Below are positions 10,294 to 20,697 of a stretch of DNA of 64,000 nt, piece after piece; the stretch's first letter is position 1; every line of letters starts with the position of its first letter. Source of the stretch: an uncultured Bacilli bacterium (lineage in GTDB: Bacteria; Bacillota_I; Bacilli_A; RF39; UBA660); NCBI GenBank assembly GCA_947627675.1, contig CANQWY010000002.1:108-64107 (forward strand), given 5' to 3'. Made by a program: the position numbers and the translations under genes. Under the pieces are notes generated by a model. That model searched no databases, was not told where the DNA came from, and saw only the letters and a program-made list of their open reading frames with translations.

Positions 10294-12252
10294 ATGAAGC
10301 ATTTCAAGATAATAAAAAAACTTTTATTTTTAGGAATATTTTGTACCTTTTGTATTTTTATTGGAATTTTCTTATATGCAAAATTGTCCCCAAAATTAGA
10401 AATAAAAGCTGCAAATAGCATTGCAATTTATGATAATAGTCAGACTGTTTTTTTCCATGGAAGTGATAATAAGGAATGGGTTAGTTTGAAAGATATTTCT
10501 AATAATGTAATTATGGCAACTATTTCTACTGAAGATAAAAATTTTTACAAACATAAAGGCTTTGATCTTTTAAGAATTCTAAAAGCTACATATATTAATA
10601 TTATTAATAGATCTACTAAACAAGGTGCTTCAACTATCTCTCAACAATATGCTAAAAATCTATTTCTAGATTTTGATAAAACTTGGAAAAGAAAGTGGGA
10701 TGAAGCTTTATATACTATCAGATTAGAATCTAATTATAGTAAAGATGAAATACTTGAAGGGTATTTAAATACTATAAATTATGGTCATGGAATGTATGGA
10801 ATAGAAAATGCTAGTAATTTTTATTTTAATAAAAAAGCTAAAGATTTAGACTTAGCAGAAGCAACTATATTAGTAGGTGTTCCCAAATCTCCGAGTAATT
10901 ATTCTCCGCTAGTAAATTATGATATTGCAAAAAAAAGACAAAAAGTAATTTTAGATTTAATGGTTAAAAATAAATATATCAAAAAAGATGAAGCAACTAA
11001 TGCATATAATGAAGAACTAAAATTTTATGGAAAGAAAGATGAAAATAATTCCACCACATTGATGTATTATCAAGATGCTGTTTTAGCAGAGTTGAAGAAA
11101 ATAGATAGCATTCCTAAAAATTATACTGACACTAAAGGATTGAAAATATATACTAATCTAGATATAAATGCACAAACAAATCTTGAAAAGAATATCACTG
11201 AAGAATTAGTTGAGGAAAATGACTTACAAGCATCTGCTATTATGATGAATCCTAATAATGGAGGTATTATTGCCCTTGTTGGCGGTAGAGATTACAATAA
11301 ATCACAATATAATAGAGCAACTACTGCCAAAAGACAAGTTGGTTCTACTATGAAGCCTTATTTGTATTATGCTGCATTAGAAAGTGGTTTTACAACTAGT
11401 AGTTCATTTACCAGCGAAAAAACTACTTTTACTTTTTCTGAAAGAGATGATTATTCACCAAAGAATTATAATGAAAAATACGGAAATAAAGCCATCTCTA
11501 TGGCTACTGCTGTTAGTTATTCAGATAATATTTATGCTGTCAAGACTAATTTATTTTTAGGAAGTGATTCAATGATTAATGTTGCAAAAAGAGTAGGGAT
11601 TACAGCAAAATTAGAAGATGTTCCATCGCTTCCTTTAGGGACCAATGAAATTTCAATGATTGAAATGACAGCAGGTTATGCAGCCTTTGCTAACTTAGGG
11701 TATAAAGTACATCCCCATTTAATTGAAAAAGTAGAAGATAACGATGGCAATGTATTATATAAAGCTAATAATAACAAAAATTTAGTTTTGAATTCAAGTA
11801 TTGCATATATTTTAAATAATATGCTAACAGCAACTTATGATCCTCTTTATATTGATTATAACTATCCAACAGCTATTGGCCTTTCATCAAAACTTAAGCA
11901 TACTTATTCTTTAAAAAGTGGTACCACTGATACAGACGAATGGTATATTGGGTATAATAGTGATGTTGTAACATCAGTATGGCTGGGCTATGATGATAAT
12001 CAAAACATACCATCCAAAGCTGCTTTATATGCTCAAAATATTTGGTATAAAAGCATAGAAAGTTATGAAGAAGGAAAAGAAGATAATTGGTATGTTAAGC
12101 CAGATAACGTTTCAGCGGTTTTGGTTGATCCAATTTCAGGGAAAGCTGTTGATAATAATGCTGAAAAAAAGAAATTAATGTATTTTATAAAAGGTACAGA
12201 GCCAACAATAAATCAATCAGTTTTTGATGAAAAGCTAAACATAATACAATAG
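10294..12252 (+). CDS. ponA: Class A penicillin-binding protein (PBP1A; glycosyltransferase + transpeptidase)
   Basis: N-terminal TM segment. GT51 motifs (EDKNFYKHKGFD, ...QQYAKN) and transpeptidase STMKP (SxxK) motif. The likely start is the second ATG (10294) behind an AGGTGA RBS; the ORF track starts at 10279. Confidence 0.85.
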   Translation: MKHFKIIKKLLFLGIFCTFCIFIGIFLYAKLSPKLEIKAANSIAIYDNSQTVFFHGSDNKEWVSLKDISNNVIMATISTEDKNFYKHKGFDLLRILKATYINIINRSTKQGASTISQQYAKNLFLDFDKTWKRKWDEALYTIRLESNYSKDEILEGYLNTINYGHGMYGIENASNFYFNKKAKDLDLAEATILVGVPKSPSNYSPLVNYDIAKKRQKVILDLMVKNKYIKKDEATNAYNEELKFYGKKDENNSTTLMYYQDAVLAELKKIDSIPKNYTDTKGLKIYTNLDINAQTNLEKNITEELVEENDLQASAIMMNPNNGGIIALVGGRDYNKSQYNRATTAKRQVGSTMKPYLYYAALESGFTTSSSFTSEKTTFTFSERDDYSPKNYNEKYGNKAISMATAVSYSDNIYAVKTNLFLGSDSMINVAKRVGITAKLEDVPSLPLGTNEISMIEMTAGYAAFANLGYKVHPHLIEKVEDNDGNVLYKANNNKNLVLNSSIAYILNNMLTATYDPLYIDYNYPTAIGLSSKLKHTYSLKSGTTDTDEWYIGYNSDVVTSVWLGYDDNQNIPSKAALYAQNIWYKSIESYEEGKEDNWYVKPDNVSAVLVDPISGKAVDNNAEKKKLMYFIKGTEPTINQSVFDEKLNIIQ

Positions 12253-12309
12253 GGTAATAAAGTTATTTAATTATACATATAATTATGATGTAGAGGAGAG
12301 AAATTTTAT

Positions 12310-12600
12310 ATGAATAATAATTATATGTATCCTAATTATCAAGGAAATAGCATGAGAGTAATGCCCAATAGTAGAGCAAGTCAATTACAGAATCCTTATT
12401 CCGATAGTATATTATCACATTATTTAGGAAAGAAAGCTTCTTTTTATTTAACTTTTAATGATTCAAATGAATGGAGAGATACTATTTTCAAAGGTACCAT
12501 TCAAGATACTAATAGTGATTATACAATTATTTCAGATGACACTACAAATAAACCTATATTAATGTGGAATAAATTTATTGACTACATTATTTTCGATTAA
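12310..12600 (+). CDS. gerQ: GerQ-like spore coat protein
   Basis: C-terminal region YLGKKASFYLTFNDSNEWRDTIFKGTI...IISD...ILMWNKFIDYIIFD matches the conserved GerQ/YwdL C-terminal domain as recalled from memory. Good RBS. Confidence 0.5.
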   Translation: MNNNYMYPNYQGNSMRVMPNSRASQLQNPYSDSILSHYLGKKASFYLTFNDSNEWRDTIFKGTIQDTNSDYTIISDDTTNKPILMWNKFIDYIIFD

Positions 12601-12680
12601 AAATAATAATTAATAAAAAGGGTAGCTTCCTTTTTTTTTATTTGATATAATGTTTATATAATAGTTAGGAGTCATTTGTT

Positions 12681-13190
12681 ATGAAAATATTAATTATAAT
12701 AGCATTATTTTGTTTTTTACTTTTATTAATAGTATGTACTACTATTTATTCTAAGAAAAAAGCTGATAAAATAGTATATAAAATCAATGAAGCTAAAGAT
12801 ACTATTTCTGAATATTTAGATAGAAATATTGCTATTCTAGATAGTAGTAAAGAGTATATTAATGATGATGCTTATTCTGAATCTTATGATAATATTTTTT
12901 TTGGGGGCATGAGTAGTAAAGAAACTTATCAAATTACTTGCAGATATAACTCTAAACTAAGAGAAAAGATCATGGAAAATGAAGAGCTGATAAAAAACAA
13001 AGATTTCTGCACATTAATTGATGAACTTGATGAAGTTAACAGCTATGTAGAAGGTGCAATAAAGTATTATTCTTTTTATGTTGATAAATATAAAGAAATT
13101 TTTAATAAATTTCCTGCTAAATTTATTAAATTTTTGTGTCATTATAAAAAATTTCATAATTATAAAGAAATAGATATGAGTACTTTATAA
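12681..13190 (+). CDS. Hypothetical membrane-anchored protein
   Basis: N-terminal TM helix. No confident family assignment. Confidence 0.3.
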   Translation: MKILIIIALFCFLLLLIVCTTIYSKKKADKIVYKINEAKDTISEYLDRNIAILDSSKEYINDDAYSESYDNIFFGGMSSKETYQITCRYNSKLREKIMENEELIKNKDFCTLIDELDEVNSYVEGAIKYYSFYVDKYKEIFNKFPAKFIKFLCHYKKFHNYKEIDMSTL

Positions 13191-13215
13191 AAACTGTTCA
13201 CTTAGAACAGTTTTT
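13190..13215. terminator. Bidirectional rho-independent terminator between convergent genes
   Basis: Perfect 10-bp stem AAAACTGTTC/GAACAGTTTT with 5-nt loop, flanked by A-run and T-run. Confidence 0.7.
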
Positions 13216-13219
13216 AATT

Positions 13220-13233
13220 ATTTCCCGGGAAAT
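13220..13233. promoter_or_regulatory. Noc-binding-site-like palindrome (NBS) ATTTCCCGGGAAAT
   Basis: Exact match to the 14-bp B. subtilis NBS consensus, embedded in a 22-bp perfect palindrome AATTATTTCCCGGGAAATAATT. Confidence 0.6.
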
Positions 13234-13240
13234 AATTTTA

Positions 13241-13900
13241 TTATATTTGCCAAGATATAGGCTTGATTCCCTTACTTATTAAATATTCATTTGCTTTAGA
13301 GAAAGGCTTACTTCCAAAAAAACCATTATATGCCGAAAAAGGAGAAGGGTGGGTAGATTCAATTACATAGTGATTTTTATTTGTTATTAGTTTCTTTTTA
13401 CTTCTTGCATAACTTCCCCAAAGAATAAAAACAACTGGTTCTTTTTTATCATTTATTATTTTTATTACATTATCTGTAAATATTTCCCAACCTCTTTTTT
13501 GATGAGAAGCTGGGCTATCTTTTATTACTGTTAACACTGAATTAAGTAATAATACTCCTTGTTCTGCCCAAGGAATTAAAGAATTATTTTTGGATATTTT
13601 TATATTTAAATCATTTTCCAGTTCCTTAAAAATATTTTGTAGAGATGGAGGTCTTTTTACACTATTATTAACCGAAAAAGATAACCCCTGAGCCTCATTT
13701 TCACCATGATATGGATCTTGTCCTAAAATTACAACCTTTAAATTCTCATATTTAGTATATCTAAAAGCATTAAATATTTCACTTTTTGGTGGATATACAA
13801 CTTTTTCTTTATATTCTTTTTCCACAAATCTAATTATTTCTTTAAAATACTCTTTATTATATTCATCTTTTAAATATATATCCCAACTATTTCCTATCAT
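13241..13900 (-). CDS. ung: Uracil-DNA glycosylase
   Basis: GQDPYH water-activating motif and HPSPFSA motif. 219 aa. Confidence 0.9.
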   Translation of the reverse strand: MIGNSWDIYLKDEYNKEYFKEIIRFVEKEYKEKVVYPPKSEIFNAFRYTKYENLKVVILGQDPYHGENEAQGLSFSVNNSVKRPPSLQNIFKELENDLNIKISKNNSLIPWAEQGVLLLNSVLTVIKDSPASHQKRGWEIFTDNVIKIINDKKEPVVFILWGSYARSKKKLITNKNHYVIESTHPSPFSAYNGFFGSKPFSKANEYLISKGIKPISWQI

Positions 13901-13908
13901 TTTTCCTC

Positions 13909-14364
13909 CTACTTATGATATGACTCATTATTATTTATTTTGTATACTCTATAAATCTGTTCTAATAATATTACTCTAAATAATTGATGAGGAAAAGTTA
14001 ATTTTGAAAAAGATAAATGATAATTTGCAATATCATATACTTCTTTTGAAATTCCGTAACTCCCACCTATTATAAATGTAATATTAGGATACTCAATATT
14101 TATATTATTCAATTTTTTAGCTAATTCTAAAGAAGAAATTTCTTCACCATTAATTTCTAATGTTATAATATAATCTTTTTTATTTATATATCTTAAAATA
14201 TTTTCTCCTTCTGTTTTTATTATTTTTGATAAATCTGAAAAAGATTCATCTTGTAACTCTATTACTTTTATATTTGTATATCTCCTTATTCTTTTAAGAT
14301 AGTCATCAATCGCATTTTTTAAATATTGTTCTTTTATTTTACCAATACATATTATTTTTATCAT
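13909..14364 (-). CDS. rlmH: 23S rRNA (pseudouridine1915-N3)-methyltransferase RlmH
   Basis: 151-aa SPOUT-family protein. N-terminal MIKIICIGKIKEQYL is typical of RlmH. Conserved position next to the walJ-like gene. Confidence 0.8.
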   Translation of the reverse strand: MIKIICIGKIKEQYLKNAIDDYLKRIRRYTNIKVIELQDESFSDLSKIIKTEGENILRYINKKDYIITLEINGEEISSLELAKKLNNINIEYPNITFIIGGSYGISKEVYDIANYHLSFSKLTFPHQLFRVILLEQIYRVYKINNNESYHK

Positions 14365-14373
14365 ATTATCCTC

Positions 14374-15150
14374 TTATACCTCTATTAATGGACTTACATT
14401 ATCTTGATGGGCTATTAGTATTTTTATTTTCGTTTCACCTAACATACTTTTAGTTGTACTATAAGCTAATTCCTCAGTGTTATTTTTTTCACTTAAGTGA
14501 GCAAGAAAAATATACTTAGTATTTGGACCTATTATTTGTTTTAGATATGATGCTGTTGTATTATTAGAAAGATGACCTCTATCACTTATTACCCTTTGTT
14601 TTAGAAATGGAGGATATACACCATTCATTAACATTTCTTCATCATGATTACTCTCAATTAGATATATATATTTATTTTTAATCATTTTTAAGTATTTTCT
14701 ATTAATATATCCAGTATCTGTTATATACACTAAATCTTTTCCCTTATAAGTTATAATATACCCTACAGAACATATAGTATCGTGTGATGTATGAATTAAA
14801 TCTATTTCTACATCTCCTAATTTATTTTTATCTTCTATGAATATAATTCTATCTTTTGGAACTATTTCTGAAAGTTCTTCATACATTTTTTTTGGAATTA
14901 GTATTTTTAATTTAGTGTGTTTTAAAATATTTTCTAATCCCTTAATATGATCTGAATGTGAATGAGTTATTAATATCCCGAAAAAAGAAGAAAAATCAAG
15001 GTTATTAACCTCTAATTTTCTTTTTATAGAAAGATATGTTATACCTGCATCTATTATAAAATTAATATTTCCACATAATACTATAGCACAATTACCTTTT
15101 GAACCACTTGCAAGTGTTTGAAATTTAATATTAGTACATAGACATTGCAT
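14374..15150 (-). CDS. MBL-fold metallo-hydrolase (WalJ/YycJ-like)
   Basis: HSHSDH metallo-beta-lactamase motif. Synteny with rlmH as in the Bacillus yycJ region. Confidence 0.7.
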   Translation of the reverse strand: MQCLCTNIKFQTLASGSKGNCAIVLCGNINFIIDAGITYLSIKRKLEVNNLDFSSFFGILITHSHSDHIKGLENILKHTKLKILIPKKMYEELSEIVPKDRIIFIEDKNKLGDVEIDLIHTSHDTICSVGYIITYKGKDLVYITDTGYINRKYLKMIKNKYIYLIESNHDEEMLMNGVYPPFLKQRVISDRGHLSNNTTASYLKQIIGPNTKYIFLAHLSEKNNTEELAYSTTKSMLGETKIKILIAHQDNVSPLIEV

Positions 15151-16600
15151 TTAATACTCTTCCTCCATAATATGGATAACCTATCCAAATTGCAAAATGT
15201 ACATGAACTCCTGTTGCAAAACCTGTTTTTCCCATACTACCTATTACTTGCCCTCTGCCAACTGTCTGTCCTTCTTTTACCGAAAAGTCAGCCAAATGAG
15301 CATATAATGAATAGTAACCATTATTATGATTAATTATAATATATTTTCCATTATCATATTTATATGATACCTTAACAACAGTTCCTGCCTGAGCAGCATA
15401 GATAGGAGAGCCATAGCCACATCCTGCTATATCTGTTCCATCATGAAGAGCTCCCCAGCGATATCCAAACGGACTTGAAATTGAATTACATGATGCAGGC
15501 CATCCCCAACTACCACTTGTTGCAACTGGACTACCTCCTGTATAATAACTTTCTTTTCCGCCTTTTACAACTATTTCATTAGTAACTGGAGTTATTTCTT
15601 CTGTATTTGTTGTTACAATATTCGTCGTTTCACCATTTATTTTTCTTATTTTTTGAGTTACTTTATTTTTGCCATTAATTCCCTGTTGAGTTGTTTCCTC
15701 ATATCCAACCATTTTTGAATTATCATACCTTACTTCTGTTTGATATTTTTTATCTTCATATGCAACAACTTCATCTTCTTCTACTATATTTACTTGCGGA
15801 TTTAAAATACCTATATTTACTACTTGTCCTGCATATAATAATGCATTTTCTGTATTAAACTGAGGATTTATTATTAAAAATTCCTCATTTGACATTTTAT
15901 TATTATAGGCTATTCCACTAATTGTATCACCATCTTGAATTGTATAAGTTTCTTCAGTAGAACTCTTACCGAATAATAAATACTTGCTAAGTTCATCAGC
16001 ATCTAGATATATTTTTTTATCGGTTGGTATTTTCCCTTTTTTTATTGTAATATCATTTTCTATATATATTTTTTCTATTATTTTTCCTGTATCTTTAATA
16101 GTTTGTTTTTTATTAGATTTATAAGTATTATAATCTTCTGCTAAAACAAATGATTTTACTGTCCTATTAATTGAAGTTGTAAACACTTTTTTATCTAATA
16201 CATATATTTTAATAACTTTTGTTTCTTTTTTATCTTCTTCTTTAGAGTTTATTTCCTTTTTTATACTTATTTCATATCCATCAATTGAAAATGAACTTAT
16301 ATCTTTAATTTTTGAATATATTTCTTCTGTTGTAGATATATCATTTGAATATGTTATTTCCTTTTTTATATCTAATTCATCTGGAGCATATACTTTTGAT
16401 ATATTATACTTTTCTTTTAAATTTTCCTGTTCTCTATCAATATATTTTTCTAGTGCTTTTTTTGATTTTATTAATCCTATTGATTTTCCTTCTAAATATA
16501 CATGATAAACAGTTTGTGGAGTAAGAGTAAATTTTTGCATTCCAAGAATTAATAATAGTGCACATAATAAAAGCTGAATTTTAATCTTTTTCTTTGGCAT
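15131..16600 (-). CDS. M23 family peptidase with LysM-like domain
   Basis: C-terminal M23 motifs (HDGTD..., HVHF). LysM-like segment (YTIQDGDTISGIAY). N-terminal TM anchor. Confidence 0.7.
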   Translation of the reverse strand: MPKKKIKIQLLLCALLLILGMQKFTLTPQTVYHVYLEGKSIGLIKSKKALEKYIDREQENLKEKYNISKVYAPDELDIKKEITYSNDISTTEEIYSKIKDISSFSIDGYEISIKKEINSKEEDKKETKVIKIYVLDKKVFTTSINRTVKSFVLAEDYNTYKSNKKQTIKDTGKIIEKIYIENDITIKKGKIPTDKKIYLDADELSKYLLFGKSSTEETYTIQDGDTISGIAYNNKMSNEEFLIINPQFNTENALLYAGQVVNIGILNPQVNIVEEDEVVAYEDKKYQTEVRYDNSKMVGYEETTQQGINGKNKVTQKIRKINGETTNIVTTNTEEITPVTNEIVVKGGKESYYTGGSPVATSGSWGWPASCNSISSPFGYRWGALHDGTDIAGCGYGSPIYAAQAGTVVKVSYKYDNGKYIIINHNNGYYSLYAHLADFSVKEGQTVGRGQVIGSMGKTGFATGVHVHFAIWIGYPYYGGRVLNAMSMY

Positions 16601-17942
16601 TGTTATTGTTCTCCTTTCTCATATTCAAAAATGTTGATGTATTCTTTTTAAATAGTAACTCTATTGTTGCAGTTGGACCATTACGATGTTTAGCAATTAT
16701 TAGTTCACTGATACTTGTATTGTCATCATTTCTAGCCTCTTTATTATAATAATCATCTCTATATAGAAATGATACTATATCAGCATCTTGTTCAATTGAT
16801 CCGGATTCACGTAAATCACTCATGAGTGGTCTTTTATCTTCTCTTCCTTCAACAGCTCTTGATAATTGGGCTAAAGCAATTACTGGTATATGTAATTCCA
16901 TCGCTAGTGTCTTTAAAGCTCTTGAAATATCTGATACTTCTTGTTGACGATTTGCTCCATAATTTCTTCCTCCAGATATTAGCTGTAAATAATCAATTAT
17001 TACCAAGCTAAGACCCTTTTCACTACTAGATAGCCTTCTACACTTTGCTCTTATTTCACCTATTGTTATACCAGGTGTATCATCAATATAAATATTAGTA
17101 TTTTCTAATTGACTAACTGCTTCACTAACTCTCTTCCAATCTTCATTAAGAAGTTTTCCAGTTTGAAGCTTATATCCTTCTATTTGTCCAAGTGATGATA
17201 TAATACGATTTGCAAGTTGTTCTGCACCCATTTCCAAATTAAATAACGCTACTGTTTTGCCTGTATTAATTGCAACGTTTGTTGCTAAATTTAAAGAGAA
17301 AGCAGTTTTACCCATAGCAGGACGTGCAGCAATAATTATAAATTGATTTTCATGAAGACCAGACGTTAATTTATCTAAATCATACCAACCAGTAGGTAGA
17401 CCTGTTACTTCTCCTTTTGTTTCTGCTAGTTTTTCAAGATTTTTCTCGGCCTGTATCATGACATCCTGAATAGATTTAAATTCACTGGATTTTCTATTTT
17501 TTACTATGTTTAAGATTTTTCTTTCTGCATTATCTAACGTATCATTAACATCATCTTCTGTATTATAAGAATCTGTAGCGATTGACGTTGCAGTTTCTAT
17601 TAAATTTCTTAAAATAGCAGAGTCTTCTACATCTTTTATATAATAATCGACGTTTGTTGCAACTGGAACAAAGTTTAAAATTTCTGTTAAATACTCAACT
17701 CCACCAATTTCATTAAGTTCATTTGTCTTTTGTAGTTCAGAAGTTAATGTAATAATATCTAATGGACTTTTATTATCATGAAGTTTTTTCATAGATGAAA
17801 ATATCTTAGCATGTTTATCATCGTAAAATTTTGAAGAATCTAAACTTTCACAGGCCTTTTCTAGAGCGTATTTTGACAGTAAGCAGGCCCCTAAAACTGA
17901 TTTTTCTGCTTCTATATTATTTGGCATTGTTCTAAGAGCCAT
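16581..17942 (-). CDS. dnaB: Replicative DNA helicase (DnaB family)
   Basis: 453 aa. Walker A motif AARPAMGKT and RecA-like C-domain. Conserved position after rplI. Confidence 0.9.
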   Translation of the reverse strand: MALRTMPNNIEAEKSVLGACLLSKYALEKACESLDSSKFYDDKHAKIFSSMKKLHDNKSPLDIITLTSELQKTNELNEIGGVEYLTEILNFVPVATNVDYYIKDVEDSAILRNLIETATSIATDSYNTEDDVNDTLDNAERKILNIVKNRKSSEFKSIQDVMIQAEKNLEKLAETKGEVTGLPTGWYDLDKLTSGLHENQFIIIAARPAMGKTAFSLNLATNVAINTGKTVALFNLEMGAEQLANRIISSLGQIEGYKLQTGKLLNEDWKRVSEAVSQLENTNIYIDDTPGITIGEIRAKCRRLSSSEKGLSLVIIDYLQLISGGRNYGANRQQEVSDISRALKTLAMELHIPVIALAQLSRAVEGREDKRPLMSDLRESGSIEQDADIVSFLYRDDYYNKEARNDDNTSISELIIAKHRNGPTATIELLFKKNTSTFLNMRKENNNNAKEKD

Positions 17943-17964
17943 AAAATCACCTCATATCTTTTTT

Positions 17965-18405
17965 TTATTTTATTACATGTATTTTTAGTTTAGCAAAAAC
18001 ATCTTGATACAAATTTATTTGTATATAATGAAACCCAAGAGATGAAATAGGGGAATCTATCTCAATTTGATTTTTATCTATTTTATAACCCCTCTTTAAA
18101 AGTTCTTCTTTTATTTGCTTAGCACTAATACTTCCGAATACTTTATCGTCATTTCCTGTATTAACTTTAAATTCTATTTCTAATTTTTCTAATTTTTCTT
18201 TTTCTTCTTTAGCCTTTATTTTTTCTTGTTCTTGTCTTTTTTCTGCTTTTTTATTTTCCTGTTGTAATTTTCTGATATTTTCTTCAGTCGCTTTAATAGC
18301 ATAATTATTTTTTATTAAATAGTTCTCGGCATAACCATCTTTTACTTCCTTTATTTGGCCTTTTTTAGCCTGCTTTTTTAAATCTTTTATAAAAATTACT
18401 TTCAT
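17965..18405 (-). CDS. rplI: 50S ribosomal protein L9
   Basis: MKVIFIKDLKKQAKKGQIKEVKDGYAENYL N-terminus and the coiled linker are typical of L9. Confidence 0.9.
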   Translation of the reverse strand: MKVIFIKDLKKQAKKGQIKEVKDGYAENYLIKNNYAIKATEENIRKLQQENKKAEKRQEQEKIKAKEEKEKLEKLEIEFKVNTGNDDKVFGSISAKQIKEELLKRGYKIDKNQIEIDSPISSLGFHYIQINLYQDVFAKLKIHVIK

Positions 18406-19394
18406 TTTTCCTCACCATCCTGTTTTTTTATCGTTTTCTTTAAAAGTTCATGCACTTCACTAATATTCTTTTTATTAAATGTGCAAGCACCATTATATGC
18501 ATCTCCGCCGCCACCTAATTTTTCTAGAATATGAGAAATATTATAATTTCCTATGGATCTTGCTGATAAACCTACTATATCTTTACTCATTTTGCCTATT
18601 ACAAAGCCAGCTTCAATCCCATTAAAGAGTAGAAGAGTATCTGCCATTCTTGCAAGATCTTCTTTTCTATATATTATATATGGTGTTCCTCTAGCAATTG
18701 CTATCTTATCAATTACTTCTATATTAGATAATAATTTTTGTTGTTCTATATAAGTATTTATATCTTGTTTCAATAAATATTGAACTTTTTTAGGACTAGC
18801 ACCTGATGCAGCTAAAAAATAAGCCGTATAAAAAGTATCTGCAGTTGTTTTTAAAGTAAAATTATTTGTGTCAAGAACAATTCCAGATAAAAGTAAAGTA
18901 CATATATAAGGTGATAAATCAATATTATAAATGTTTGCAATGTTAACAACTAATTCACAAGCACTAGATATATTTTCTTCTTCTATTATTAAAGCATTTT
19001 CTATTGTATCATTTCCTAAGTCATGATGATCTATTATTAGCTTTTTATCAAAATAATCAAGAGCTTCTTCATTTTGGACTAATTTTCTTTTATTAGTATC
19101 TAATATTATTAAAAGATTTTTTTTATTTTTTTTATGTAAATAAATTGGAATATCCGCAGATTTTATAAAATTATAGCATCCCTCTACTTCTTTTAATACT
19201 TTAGATACACTCATTTCCTGTTCTTTATCATCTATTACTATATAGCATTCTTTTTTTTGCTGTTTTAAAATACTATACATACCTATACAACTACCAAGAG
19301 CATCTAAATCTAAATTTTTATGTCCCATGAGAAATACATTTTTTGATTTTTTAATATATTTTTTTAATTTTAATTTATTTTCAACAAGTCCCAT
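18402..19394 (-). CDS. DHH/DHHA1 family phosphoesterase (NrnA/GdpP-like, lacks TM/PAS/GGDEF modules)
   Basis: DHH motif (IIDHHD), GGGH-like C-terminal DHHA1 motif (LGGGGDAYNGA). Sits between rpsR and rplI where gdpP lies in Bacillus. Confidence 0.6.
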   Translation of the reverse strand: MGLVENKLKLKKYIKKSKNVFLMGHKNLDLDALGSCIGMYSILKQQKKECYIVIDDKEQEMSVSKVLKEVEGCYNFIKSADIPIYLHKKNKKNLLIILDTNKRKLVQNEEALDYFDKKLIIDHHDLGNDTIENALIIEEENISSACELVVNIANIYNIDLSPYICTLLLSGIVLDTNNFTLKTTADTFYTAYFLAASGASPKKVQYLLKQDINTYIEQQKLLSNIEVIDKIAIARGTPYIIYRKEDLARMADTLLLFNGIEAGFVIGKMSKDIVGLSARSIGNYNISHILEKLGGGGDAYNGACTFNKKNISEVHELLKKTIKKQDGEEK

Positions 19395-19524
19395 AACTCC
19401 TCCAATTTATCAATTATTATTATATAATAATTTTAAATTATTGTCTAATAGGATAGATATGTTTATTAAAAATATTAAATTTCTGTATATAAAAACATTG
19501 ATAAAAACTATCAATGTTAGCATA

Positions 19525-19740
19525 TTATTTTGTATATGGTAATAGAGCAATAGCACGTGCTCTTTTAATTTCACGAGCAATAACTCTTTGATGACTTGTA
19601 CATGTTCCTGTTATTCTTTTAGATACAATTTTACCTTTTTCATTTATATATTTTTTTAAGGTTTCTGGTTCTTTATAATTTACAGTTTTTCCTGCACATA
19701 GCATACAAATTTTTTTCTTTTTACGATAAAATTCTGCCAT
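19525..19740 (-). CDS. rpsR: 30S ribosomal protein S18
   Basis: 71 aa. Conserved S18 sequence. rpsF-ssb-rpsR operon. Confidence 0.9.
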   Translation of the reverse strand: MAEFYRKKKKICMLCAGKTVNYKEPETLKKYINEKGKIVSKRITGTCTSHQRVIAREIKRARAIALLPYTK

Positions 19741-19754
19741 ATTAATCCTCCTTT

Positions 19755-20243
19755 TTAAAATGGTAATTCATCATCACTTATTTCAATGCTTGATCCAAAA
19801 TCTGCAAAAGGATTACTATCTATGTTGGTTGTCTGTTGCATTGAATCTTGTTGTTCATTAGCAAAATCATATGGAGTAGGTTCACTATTTTCATTATGAT
19901 TATTGTTATTGTTGTTTTGATTAGAACTTTTTGTTCCCAAAAATTCAACATTATCAGCTACAACTTCAGTTACATATCTTTTTTTGCCTTCTTGGTCATC
20001 ATAACTTCTTGTTTGAATACGACCATCTATTGCAACTTGACTACCTTGACTTAAATAATTTTTTACATTTTCTGCTTGTTTTCTCCATACAACAATATTA
20101 ATAAAATCTGCTTCTCTTTCTCCTGATTGATTTGCAAAAGTTCTATTTACTGCTAATGAAAATGTTGCAACAGGAATATTTGACCCTGTATATCTTAATT
20201 CTGGATCTCTTGTTAAGCGACCTATTAAAAATACTTTATTCAT
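19755..20243 (-). CDS. ssb: Single-stranded DNA-binding protein
   Basis: OB-fold N-domain and the acidic C-terminal DDELPF tail. Confidence 0.9.
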   Translation of the reverse strand: MNKVFLIGRLTRDPELRYTGSNIPVATFSLAVNRTFANQSGEREADFINIVVWRKQAENVKNYLSQGSQVAIDGRIQTRSYDDQEGKKRYVTEVVADNVEFLGTKSSNQNNNNNNHNENSEPTPYDFANEQQDSMQQTTNIDSNPFADFGSSIEISDDELPF

Positions 20244-20256
20244 AAATTCCTCACTC

Positions 20257-20544
20257 TTAATTTTCTACTTTTACAGTTAAATGACGAAGTATATTTTCAT
20301 TGATTCTCGTTAAACGCTCAAATTCACTAATAACTTCACTTGTTGCCTCAACAACATATAGAAAATAATAACCTGTTTTCATTTTGTTTATTTCATATGC
20401 TAGTTCTTTTTGACCAATTGCTTTTTCTTCTATAATATTTGCTTTACCATCTGTTAATACTTTTTTCATAGTTTCTGCAATATTTTTAATTTCTTGTTCT
20501 TGTAAATCAGATCTAACTATAAACATTAACTCATACTTTTTCAT
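20257..20544 (-). CDS. rpsF: 30S ribosomal protein S6
   Basis: 95 aa. [14 protein letters not shown] is typical of S6. Confidence 0.9.
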   Translation of the reverse strand: MKKYELMFIVRSDLQEQEIKNIAETMKKVLTDGKANIIEEKAIGQKELAYEINKMKTGYYFLYVVEATSEVISEFERLTRINENILRHLTVKVEN

Positions 20545-20697
20545 TATTACACCTCCTTTTGGACATTAGGCCTTCATTTGAAAGCAAGGAGTATTTTAAA
20601 TACTCGAGTGTATTATATCAAATATTTATTTATTTGTAAAACTTTTTTCTTAAAAAATTATTATTTAACCTATATTTTGTTTTCAAATAAAATATAG

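Noticed and set aside
10215-10421. 68-aa minus-strand ORF
   Set aside because: Overlaps the PBP1A promoter and N-terminus. No RBS, hydrophobic junk.
13190-13215. TGTTCACTTAGAACA read as a degenerate parS
   Set aside because: It forms a simple 10-bp hairpin (terminator) and lacks the CACGTG core. Only the adjacent NBS is a true motif match.
19553-19562. AGCACGTGCT palindrome in rpsR as an additional parS
   Set aside because: Only the central CACGTG is shared. The flanking TGTTT/AAACA arms are absent.
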